This document shows, piece after piece, positions 31,308 through 39,214 of a stretch of DNA of 64,000 nt (positions are counted from its first letter, which is position 1; each line of letters begins with the position of its first letter). A program made the translations under genes and the position numbers. Origin of the DNA: an uncultured Acidobacteriaceae bacterium (GTDB lineage: Bacteria > Acidobacteriota > Terriglobia > Terriglobales > Acidobacteriaceae); contig CAWCOK010000011.1 of NCBI GenBank assembly GCA_963797135.1, positions 220,444 to 284,443 of the forward strand, read 5' to 3'. Below the pieces are notes generated by a model. The model saw only the letters and a list, made by a program, of their open reading frames with translations. It was not told where the DNA came from and made no database searches.

Positions 31308-31727
31308 ATGGAACGAAGGACTTATTGCGTTTATAACGAAACGCGCGAATGCTTTCTTAGCTTAAATGTCAGGCCTGCTGACACTATCTTTTCGCGCCTT
31401 AAGGGATTCATCGGACGGCTCAGGCTTCGTTCCGATGAAGGGATCTGGGTTGTGCCTTCGCGAGGAGTTCACACCCTGGGCCTGTTATTCCCTCTGGATC
31501 TCATCTACCTCGATGGGAACAATCGCGTCATTCACCTTGAAGAGTATTTTCCTTCGTTTCGCATTGGTCCACTTAAAACTCAGGCGGAGAGCGTGCTGGA
31601 GTTGCCTACCCACACGATCTACTCCTCGCACACGCAGCACGGCGACCAGCTTGTCATCTGTGTAGCGGAAGATTTAAAGCTGAAACTGCAAAGCGCGGAG
31701 ACTGTGCCGAGCAATGATGGAGAGTAG
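31308..31727 (+). CDS. DUF192-family protein
   Basis: ADTIFSRLKGFIGR, EGIWVVPSRGVHTLGLLFPLDLIYLD, SVLELP. Start ATG 31308 after GGGAGGGAG. Confidence 0.85.
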   Translation: MERRTYCVYNETRECFLSLNVRPADTIFSRLKGFIGRLRLRSDEGIWVVPSRGVHTLGLLFPLDLIYLDGNNRVIHLEEYFPSFRIGPLKTQAESVLELPTHTIYSSHTQHGDQLVICVAEDLKLKLQSAETVPSNDGE

Positions 31728-31751
31728 TTCGGGCATGCAAGGACGGGTCCT

Positions 31752-32171
31752 ATGAACGGACTGATGAGGTGGCTCAATCGATTAACACTCCGGAATGAAC
31801 GCACTGACGAGCGCGACGATAGACTGCCGCTTGTCGCTCACTACTGGGACGGGGGCCCTCCCATCGGGCACACAGTTCGTGACATCAGCCGCCGAGGAAT
31901 GTACCTCTTCACAGAACAACGATGGTATCCCGGAACGCTCGTTATGGTTTCGCTGCAGAGAGAGGACGTAAGCGAAGATGATCCCGATCGCTGTCTCATG
32001 GTCAAGGCCAAAGTAGTTCGTCAAGGTTTTGATGGAGTCGGCTTCACCTTTGTTACACCGGATGACCCTGAGCGCATCTCAAGGGAAAACCTTCAGGACG
32101 GAGCAGACCGGAAGACAATCGACAGGTTTCTTCGGCGCTTCAACGACGATCGGGGCTCTCTTTCCTTTTAG
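31752..32171 (+). CDS. PilZ-domain protein
   Basis: RxxxR (RTDER) and DxSxxG (DISRRG) motifs, KAKVVR..GVGFTF. Confidence 0.82.
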   Translation: MNGLMRWLNRLTLRNERTDERDDRLPLVAHYWDGGPPIGHTVRDISRRGMYLFTEQRWYPGTLVMVSLQREDVSEDDPDRCLMVKAKVVRQGFDGVGFTFVTPDDPERISRENLQDGADRKTIDRFLRRFNDDRGSLSF

Positions 32172-32276
32172 TCATCTCAGCGGACAGCACCTTTCACTAT
32201 GAATCTCAACTCACACGCCGAACATGATCGGTATGTGCTGAAGAACGAAAGTACGCCAAACTTTCCACAGAAAAGC

Positions 32277-32510
32277 TGTCAAGCCCCAAATCTCACAAGT
32301 TACTCAAAGTAAACCGCATAGACTTGCCGATCAATTTGTATCGGTTTGTTAGAATGTAAATTGGAATAAGAAAGCCTCCGGTCCGACGGGGGCTTTCGTC
32401 TTGTTGGATCGTTCATTTACGCGTAGTTGTCCGGTGCGTTGGAATGAAATCGAGGTACCAGGCTAAACCCTTATAAATGAACACTTGCGCAAAATAAGTG
32501 CAGGGGGTTA
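32277..32510 (-). repeat. ~230-bp AT-rich intergenic element, copy A
   Basis: Colinear similarity to 49361-49593 in opposite orientation (TGTCAAG.CCC, CACAA, TTGCCGAT.AATT, TA.AATG, GAGGTAC.A..CTAA). Confidence 0.6.
32370..32397. terminator. Hairpin between the convergent PilZ and TonB-like genes
   Basis: GAAAGCCTCCG-GTCCGA-CGGGGGCTTTC stem-loop, followed by GTCTTGTT. Confidence 0.6.
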
Positions 32511-32517
32511 CCACACT

Positions 32518-33965
32518 TTATTCGGCGGGCTCCTCCGGGATGATGAGCAGAATCTCCACAGCAGCAATCTGCCCATTCTGCTTTGCCGGCCGGAACTGCC
32601 ACTGCTGCAGAGCATTCAGCACAAACTTTGCCTGCGCGAATCCCGTCGGAAAGACCATCGCCAGTTTCTCGAACCGTCCCGCCAGATTGATGAAGCCGTG
32701 AACAATGAGCGCGTCAGAGTTGTAGTCCTCAGAAGCCAAATGAGGCCGCAGGATGTCGAACGGCCACGGTGCCTCCGGCCGAGCAATGTTTCCGGTCACC
32801 ACCGCATCCGCGGTCGAGCGCGGCAGAGAATACTGCAGAATCCAGTTCTTCTTCGCGCCTACACGAAGATAGACGGTGTAAACCAGCCGCCCTCCCCATA
32901 TATCCGTAACCTCAGGATACTGGTCCGTCATCGAGGTCCCCACAACTACCACGCCGAACTGCCCATCCTTGGGCATCGCGAGATGCACCAGCGAAGGGAT
33001 GCCAGTCCCTGTGCCTGCCTGCCCACCAGCCATTCCCACCGTGACGCTACCTGCCGGCCCCCCCCGGTGCCCGCGGTCCCACCAGCTTTTGCGTTGCCCG
33101 CGCCGTCTCCCAAGCCGATTCCCGTCTGCGTACTGGCCGGATTTCCTCCGCCGTTTCCAGTAGCAGCCTCAGCGCGTTGCGGCGCCAGCTTATTGGTGTT
33201 GTTTCCCTGAGCCGGCTGGTTTGCGAGCGGGATAACGACCGGTCCATCTGCCTGGAGAGGCGACAACGATATCACTCTCGCAGGAGTCGGATTCTCGGCC
33301 TTGGCCGCAGACGAAGTCGAAGGGACCTGACTTACGGGCTCAGGGCCGCGGACTACGATCGGTGAAGTCGTGCCCGCTGTCATCATCGGGGTCTGAGCAG
33401 CCATCTTGGTCGCAGCGATATTCACGTCCGCTAGCTTGGCTTCGCGGTTGGGCTTGATGATGGCCGGCCGCATCTTGGCCACCGTGGGCTCCTGCTGCGG
33501 AGGAGGCACGATCGTCTTGGCGGGAGAGTTCTCGGGGGTCCAAAGCACAGCCATTGGCACCGGAATCTCCTTCGGCAGTAAGAGTTCAGGTGGCGCATCC
33601 GGCTGAATGAGAGCCTGGGAGCGTTGCGGAAGATGCGCCTCCTGAACCGGCAGGGAGAGTGGAGCGGGAGACCCACCTCCCTGAGAGGACGCCACATTGT
33701 GCGTGGCGGATTGAGCTGCGGCGGGTTCGGCCTGATCGGCAATCTGGGCCGGAGGCCGGGGATACTGAAGTCTCGGTGGATCGAGCACCCTTACGGTGTA
33801 TCGATCATGGAGGATCTGATCACTCACCTTTGGGAGGTGGCGAAGACCGATAAGGAGCCAAGTGAAAAACAGGCCATGGACCACGAACGAGATGAAAAAT
33901 GCCGACGGAGCCTTTCTTGGAGGCGGTAACTCCGAAAATAGCGTTACAATTCCGGCTGACTTCAT
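32518..33965 (-). CDS. Membrane-anchored Pro/Ala/Gly-rich protein with a TonB C-terminal-like domain; frameshift near 33040-33065
   Basis: N-terminal TM with SFVVH (TonB-like SxxxH), long Pro-rich then Gly-rich linker, C-terminal LNALQQWQFRPAKQNGQIAAVEILLII. Confidence 0.7.
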
Positions 33966-34064
33966 CTAGACCAAGCTCCCAGCAATCTGGCGGTCGATCA
34001 GCGTTTGGCTCTCGTGGCTACGCGGTCCGGACAGCCAGGAGAGGTTAGACGATTCTTTCGGAAC

Positions 34065-34080
34065 AGCAATTTGTGGGCCA
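34065..34080 (-). promoter_or_regulatory. Sigma-54 -24/-12 promoter TGGCCCACAAATTGCT for the TonB-like gene
   Basis: Near-consensus TGGCAC-N5-TTGCW on the minus strand, about 100 nt upstream of ATG 33965. Confidence 0.72.
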
Positions 34081-34153
34081 ACCGTCGGCGGTCATAACTT
34101 CTGCAGTAGGGCCGCCATAGCCTACAGAGGTGTCTACACGGCTACACAGGCAG

Positions 34154-34178
34154 TCCAGTTGGTATACAAGGGGTCACA
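34154..34178. promoter_or_regulatory. Candidate upstream activator site TCCAGTTGGTATACAAGGGGTCACA
   Basis: Matches 37216-37240 and 25755-25779; GTATACA core lies 80 bp before the -24 GG. Confidence 0.6.
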
Positions 34179-34240
34179 CTTCCGGGGGTGCCCATGGTCA
34201 AAGAATCTGAATTCGCTCTAGAAGAACACAGTTCTACCTT

Positions 34241-34256
34241 TGGCACACGAATTGCG
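34241..34256 (+). promoter_or_regulatory. Sigma-54 -24/-12 promoter TGGCACACGAATTGCG for cpaB-cpaC
   Basis: Consensus TGGCAC-N5-TTGC about 50 nt upstream of cpaB. Confidence 0.82.
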
Positions 34257-34307
34257 AAATAGATTTCTGGAGAGTCTGCCTGCACGGCGACTCGGACAGG
34301 CCTGTTC

Positions 34308-35180
34308 ATGAACAAGAGATTGTTGGTCATTCTTCTATGTGCGTTTTTTGTTGCCAGCGCGTGTAGCTTGCTCGTCTACCGTCTGGTTGGAAAACGTCTG
34401 GGCGCCGCGCGCCCGAGCGCCAATAAAGTGGTGGTAGCGGCTACGGATATCAAGCTGGGAAGCGTTCTCCGCGAGATAGACCTGAGCACTTCGGAGATAT
34501 CAGGCAGTCTGCCAAAGGGAGCCATCACTGATCCGAAGGTCGCGATTGGCCGCGGTGTGATCGCGAGCCTTTCCCAGGGTGAACCGATCCTCGAGAGCCG
34601 ACTAGCCGCTGCAGGTTCAGGGGGAGGGCTTGCCGCGACGATTAGTCCGGGGATGCGTGCCTGCGCTATTAAGGTCGATGACGTTGTCGGCGTCGCCGGA
34701 TTCGTAACAGCGGGTATGCGTGTGGATGTCCTGATCTCCGGAAATCCTCCCGGTTCGCCCAACCCGAGCGAGGGACCCAAAGTTAAGACTCTCCTTCAAA
34801 ACATCGAGGTATTGTCGGCCGGCACGGACATCCAGAAGGATGAAGAGGGCAAAGCTAAGTCTGTTCAGGTCGTCAATCTGCTTGTAACTCCGGAGCAGGC
34901 GGAAAACCTGAGTCTTGCCAGCAATCAAACCCACATACAACTTGTCCTGAGGAACCCATTGGATACGGAGATCGGTAAGCCTCCGGGATCGATGATGTCG
35001 AACCTGTTTTCGGACAAGGGTAGCGTGCCCCCTGCTCCTGTGAAGGTATCCTCTCCCGCCCGGCCCCGGGTCGCTACTGGTCCATCATCAAAGGTTTACC
35101 TGGTTCAGGTCTACAACGGATCTAAGAAAACTGAAGAAAAATTCGTTGATGCTGAGGGGAAAGCTGAGGGGAAAAAATAG
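34308..35180 (+). CDS. cpaB: Flp pilus assembly protein CpaB/RcpC
   Basis: N-terminal TM, SAF domain (VVVAATDIKLG), PGMRA..VAGFV..G.RVDV, LLQNIEVLS, VNLLVTPEQAE.L.LA, LVLRN. Confidence 0.93.
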   Translation: MNKRLLVILLCAFFVASACSLLVYRLVGKRLGAARPSANKVVVAATDIKLGSVLREIDLSTSEISGSLPKGAITDPKVAIGRGVIASLSQGEPILESRLAAAGSGGGLAATISPGMRACAIKVDDVVGVAGFVTAGMRVDVLISGNPPGSPNPSEGPKVKTLLQNIEVLSAGTDIQKDEEGKAKSVQVVNLLVTPEQAENLSLASNQTHIQLVLRNPLDTEIGKPPGSMMSNLFSDKGSVPPAPVKVSSPARPRVATGPSSKVYLVQVYNGSKKTEEKFVDAEGKAEGKK

Positions 35181-36721
35181 TGAGAGCAAGTATTTCCATC
35201 GCGTGTTTGTGTGTATGTTCGTTAGGGCTCTGCGCGGGATTGACTCTCAAGGCACAGACCCCTGGCACTGGGGTGGCGACACAGGATACAACCAACGATC
35301 TTCTGGTTGCGGTCGGAAAGTCTGTGCTTGTGGATAGTGCACGGCCTATCGAGCGAATAGCGGTGGGGGCTGGCGATCTTGCCGAGGCCACGGCAGTGAG
35401 CCCTTCAGAGATCATGGTTAACGGCAAGGCCCCAGGTGAGACGACTCTCATCGTCTGGCAGGCAGGTGGTGGACGGCAATTTTTCAACTTGAAGGTGCGC
35501 GCCAACGACGCCGCAACAGTTGATAAGCTTGATGGCCTTCGTCGCGAGTTAAGAACCGAGTTTCCAGGACAACCTATGCGGCTCACAGCCGAGGGCGGGA
35601 CGATCTTTTTGCGCGGCACCGTGAAGGATCTCGAGAGTTCTGATCGTGCCGTTCAGATCGCCTCCTCAGCCGGTAAGGTGGTGAACCTGCTTTACGTCAA
35701 CGTTCCTCAACGGGAGACGCAGATTCTACTAAAGGTACGCTTCGCGTCTCTTGACCGTACTACAGGCAAAGCACTCGGCATAAACATCTTCAGCACCGGT
35801 GCAGGGAATACCATCGGCGCGGTATCGACACAACAGTTTCCTGGTCCATCTCTCACTCTTCCTTCAGGCGGAAATGGAGCAGCCGCTACTGTGTCGCAGC
35901 TGCTGAATATCTTTCTCTTTCGGCCGGACCTGAATCTCGGAGCAACGATCCAGGCGTTAGAGCAGAAGGGCGTTTTGCAGGTATTGGCTGAGCCCAATCT
36001 CCTTACAACAAATGGGAAACAAGGCAGTTTTCTAGCTGGCGGCCAGTTTCCGTATCCAGTCGTACAGGGAACCACAGGAGGCGGAACGGGTGCGGTAACT
36101 ATTCAGTTCAAGGAGTTTGGTGTTCGCCTCGACTTTATTCCGACGATCACTCCGCGCGGAACTATCCGTCTCCAGGTAGCTCCAGAAGTAAGCGCATTGG
36201 ACTTCGCGAACGGAATTACGATCTCCGGCTTTACAGTGCCAGGACTCACAACCAGAAAAGTAAATACCGAAGTCGAACTGGGCCAAGGACAAAGTTTTGC
36301 CATTGGGGGATTGCTCGACAATCGCGAGACCCGGAATCTCTCGAAGATCCCGTATATCGGGGACATTCCTGTACTTGGAAAACTTTTCCAATCGATCAAG
36401 ACTGACAAACAGAACACGGAACTCATCGTGATTGTGACGCCGGAGATCGTAAATCCGCTACCGGTCGGCGAGCCTCTGCCGCAGTTGAAGTTTCCGGATG
36501 AGTTTTTACCTTCGGCCTCGGGCATTCCTATGACGACGCCTCAGGTCAACACGGGATCGACGCCTCCTCCCGCTGAACCGGCGTCTGCTCTTCCGGTTGA
36601 AAAGCTGGTTCAGAGTATGAAGGCCGAACAGCCGCTCAATATCGACAACTCGACCTCGGGCTCGTACACATCGCCTATGACGGGTGCAGGAGCAGGAACA
36701 ACATCGGGTGCACCTCGATAG
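35180..36721 (+). CDS. cpaC: Tad secretin CpaC/RcpA with BON-like domain
   Basis: VNGKAPGETTLIVW, QILLKVRFA, LAEPNL, FLAGGQFP, FKEFGVRL, VAPEVS, IPYIGDIPVLGKLF, TELIVIVTP. Confidence 0.93.
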   Translation: MRASISIACLCVCSLGLCAGLTLKAQTPGTGVATQDTTNDLLVAVGKSVLVDSARPIERIAVGAGDLAEATAVSPSEIMVNGKAPGETTLIVWQAGGGRQFFNLKVRANDAATVDKLDGLRRELRTEFPGQPMRLTAEGGTIFLRGTVKDLESSDRAVQIASSAGKVVNLLYVNVPQRETQILLKVRFASLDRTTGKALGINIFSTGAGNTIGAVSTQQFPGPSLTLPSGGNGAAATVSQLLNIFLFRPDLNLGATIQALEQKGVLQVLAEPNLLTTNGKQGSFLAGGQFPYPVVQGTTGGGTGAVTIQFKEFGVRLDFIPTITPRGTIRLQVAPEVSALDFANGITISGFTVPGLTTRKVNTEVELGQGQSFAIGGLLDNRETRNLSKIPYIGDIPVLGKLFQSIKTDKQNTELIVIVTPEIVNPLPVGEPLPQLKFPDEFLPSASGIPMTTPQVNTGSTPPPAEPASALPVEKLVQSMKAEQPLNIDNSTSGSYTSPMTGAGAGTTSGAPR

Positions 36722-36734
36722 CTAGAGCGGAATC

Positions 36735-37136
36735 ATGAATCTTGTGAGACGGCTGTTGACTAGGCCGAACAAACAGCAGAGCGCACGTCTCTGCGTGGTA
36801 AACCGCACGAGAGAGATTCAATTGGCCCATTCCATCGAAGTGGCCGATGAAGCCTCCACCCGCAGGAAAGGCCTACTCGGAAGAGTGAACCTCGCTGCAG
36901 GGGAGGGTCTTTGGATCGTGCCCTGCGAAGCGGTTCATACCTTCGGAATGAAGTTCCCTATCGACCTCGTCTTTCTGGATCGCAACAAGATCGTTAAGAA
37001 GGTCAAACACAACGTCGTGCCTGGAAGGCTATCCATGTGTCTATCAGCTCATTCTGTGCTTGAGCTTGCATCTGGGGCAATCCAGTCGAGCGGGACTCTG
37101 CCGGGCGACAAGCTTGAGTTCGGGTCGGCTGCCTAA
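36735..37136 (+). CDS. DUF192-family protein (second copy)
   Basis: ADEASTRRKGLLGR, EGLWIVPCEAVHTFGMKFPIDLVFLD, SVLELASG. Confidence 0.88.
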   Translation: MNLVRRLLTRPNKQQSARLCVVNRTREIQLAHSIEVADEASTRRKGLLGRVNLAAGEGLWIVPCEAVHTFGMKFPIDLVFLDRNKIVKKVKHNVVPGRLSMCLSAHSVLELASGAIQSSGTLPGDKLEFGSAA

Positions 37137-37215
37137 AATGCAGAGCTTGCCCAGAAAATCTGGGCATAGACACCGCTTATGCGACGGAAGTTGTATACGC
37201 TCTGTAGCGCGGCCC

Positions 37216-37240
37216 TCCAGTTTGTATACAGCCGTTCACA
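37216..37240. promoter_or_regulatory. Candidate upstream activator site TCCAGTTTGTATACAGCCGTTCACA
   Basis: Same motif and same 80-bp spacing to the -24 GG as at 34154-34178. Confidence 0.6.
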
Positions 37241-37302
37241 GCTGGTATCACCGCATTTGGATAAGTTATTCATTCAGAAGGATCAATCAGAGCTAAGGAA
37301 AA

Positions 37303-37318
37303 TGGTCTACCGCTTGCT
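37303..37318 (+). promoter_or_regulatory. Sigma-54 -24/-12 promoter TGGTCTACCGCTTGCT for the flp pilins
   Basis: TGG-N10-GC with TTGCT, about 63 nt upstream of the first flp. Confidence 0.68.
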
Positions 37319-37381
37319 ATTAGAGAGAGTAGCCCAGTCAATGGCTGGAAACAAAAAAACGAAAGTTCCTGGAGGATACAA

Positions 37382-37579
37382 ATGAAAGACAAGCTTTGGT
37401 TGATGTCCATCAAGATGAAGGAAGTTCTGAATAGCGAAGAGGGTCAGGATCTTATCGAGTACGCTCTCATCGTGGCGTTGATCGCATTCGCTGCCACCGT
37501 CGGTATGGGCTCGCTCGCCTCAGGCATCAATAAGGCATTCGGCAACATAGGCAGCAAGGTCGCCAGCTATACAAGCTAG
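37382..37579 (+). CDS. flp: Flp family type IVb/c pilin 1
   Basis: EEG|QDLIEYALIVALIA Flp motif, 65 aa, GGAGG SD. Confidence 0.95.
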   Translation: MKDKLWLMSIKMKEVLNSEEGQDLIEYALIVALIAFAATVGMGSLASGINKAFGNIGSKVASYTS

Positions 37580-37615
37580 TTCTGATGGATGTCCGGAGTG
37601 GTTTTGGAGGGCAAC

Positions 37616-37662
37616 GAGGGAGATTGCGTAGGTGTCAACCCACATCGACCGCATTTTCCCTT
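37616..37662 (+). other. 3'-UTR hairpin after flp1
   Basis: GGGAGATTGCG...CGCATTTTCCC stem; the same stem follows flp2. Confidence 0.55.
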
Positions 37663-37764
37663 GTCAACTCTTCACAGAGGTAGAGGCAATTGTTGCATTG
37701 ATCACCTAAGGGTGACTTAGTCATTTGACTAGAGGCTAAAACAAATCCACTGGAGGGTGATTCA

Positions 37765-37962
37765 ATGAAAGAGAAAATTTGGATGATGTCGATCAAGATC
37801 AAGGACGTTCTGAATCGTGAAGAGGGTCAGGACCTTATCGAGTATGCTCTCATCGTAGCGTTGATTGCGTTTGCCGCCACTGTCGGTATGGGCTCTCTCG
37901 CCTCGGGCATCAATCAAGCATTCGCCAACATAGGCAGCAAGGTCGCCAGCTATACCAGTTAG
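37765..37962 (+). CDS. flp: Flp family type IVb/c pilin 2
   Basis: EEG|QDLIEYALIVALIA; mature part differs from pilin 1 at two residues. Confidence 0.95.
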   Translation: MKEKIWMMSIKIKDVLNREEGQDLIEYALIVALIAFAATVGMGSLASGINQAFANIGSKVASYTS

Positions 37963-37994
37963 TTGTGGCGATAAGCCGGACAACCTGAAAGCGT

Positions 37995-38042
37995 GGGGGA
38001 GAGATTGCGGAAGGTATAGAGACGAGCGCATTTCTCCCTTTT
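37995..38042 (+). terminator. 3'-UTR hairpin / probable terminator after flp2
   Basis: GGGAGAGATTGCG...CGCATTTCTCCC followed by TTTT. Confidence 0.55.
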
Positions 38043-38130
38043 CATCTCAATGTTGCTACTGGATTAACAGTTGATGATTATCAATAGATCAAGATAGAGC
38101 GCCCGTCGATTCAAGATACAGGATAAGCAT

Positions 38131-39195
38131 ATGCTTCTTTCGGTGGTGATTCCCGTTCTCAACGAAGCTGCGGCGTTGCCGCTGCTGCTACCGAGGCTTC
38201 GCGATGTTCTGCGTGACCAACAGTGGGAGCTTATCGTCGTCGACGATGGAAGCACGGATGCGACGCCAGCGATTCTTGAGTGCGCCTCCCGCAGCGACGA
38301 GCGTGTCAAAGTCCTTCGCTTCACTAGAAACTTCGGACATCAGGCTGCCGTAACTGCGGGGTTGGATTTTGCCAATGGGGATGCGGTGATTATCATGGAT
38401 GCGGACCTTCAGGATCCTCCTGAGCTATTGCCGCGAATGCTTGCTCTTTTCGAGCAGGGATATGACGTTGTCTCTCCACAGAGAATCTCCCGCGAGTCTG
38501 AGACCGCATTCAAGCGGTGGACCGCTGCCGCTTTCTACAAGGTGTTGTCGTATCTCTCCCGCCACCAATGCACGCCAGATGTTGGAGACTTTCGCCTGCT
38601 CAGCCGCAGGGCTGTGGAGGCCATTCGCTCTCTTCGCGAGCAACACAGGTATATGCGTGGAATGATTGCTTGGCTTGGTATGAAGGAAGCCATCTTGCCG
38701 TTCGAGCGTCGTGCGCGGGCCGCAGGCAAGACCAATTACTCTCTGCTGAAAATGATGCGTTTCGCCTGGACTGGAATATCTTCCTTCTCGGCTCTGCCTC
38801 TGCGTATCAGTATCGCCGCTGGATGCTTTCTTAGCTTTGCTGGATTTCTTTACTTCCTTCGGGTGATGTATCTTGCGCTTTTCACAAATACGCTTGTTCC
38901 CGGCTGGGCTTCCGTCGTTGCTCTCCAATGTGTTTTTTCAGGCATGATACTGCTGGCTCTTGGCGCAGTGGGTGATTATGTCGCCCGAACTTACGAGGAA
39001 ACAAAGAGCCGGCCACTCTACGTTTTGTCCGCGACGTGCAATGTCCCACAGTCGAAGAACATCCTCTCTCGCGTCGTCATTCTTCCCGAGCCGCTTCCAC
39101 TCGCTCCTGTGTCCATGCGTGACGAACTGCCGCTTGAGGTTGTCGTCGCCGCAGAAGAGCCGTCTTTCAGTCCCCTTGCTGGAATTGGTGTGTAG
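38131..39195 (+). CDS. GT2 polyprenol-phosphate glycosyltransferase (GtrB/ArnC-like)
   Basis: SVVIPVLNE, VDDGSTD, RNFGHQAAVTAG, MDADLQDPPE, GDFRLLS, two C-terminal TMs, YEETKSRPLY. Confidence 0.92.
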   Translation: MLLSVVIPVLNEAAALPLLLPRLRDVLRDQQWELIVVDDGSTDATPAILECASRSDERVKVLRFTRNFGHQAAVTAGLDFANGDAVIIMDADLQDPPELLPRMLALFEQGYDVVSPQRISRESETAFKRWTAAAFYKVLSYLSRHQCTPDVGDFRLLSRRAVEAIRSLREQHRYMRGMIAWLGMKEAILPFERRARAAGKTNYSLLKMMRFAWTGISSFSALPLRISIAAGCFLSFAGFLYFLRVMYLALFTNTLVPGWASVVALQCVFSGMILLALGAVGDYVARTYEETKSRPLYVLSATCNVPQSKNILSRVVILPEPLPLAPVSMRDELPLEVVVAAEEPSFSPLAGIGV

Positions 39196-39214
39196 ATCCA
39201 CGAGGCGCGGCTAG

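Noticed and set aside
33040-33065. Programmed frameshift or phase variation in the TonB-like gene
   Set aside because: A C8 run is present, but many other genes show similar breaks, so sequencing error is the simpler explanation.
37680-37760. Possible c-di-GMP riboswitch or second sigma-54 promoter upstream of flp2
   Set aside because: No match to the c-di-GMP-I/II consensus by eye, and AGGCAATTGTTGCA has GG-N8-GC spacing rather than N10.
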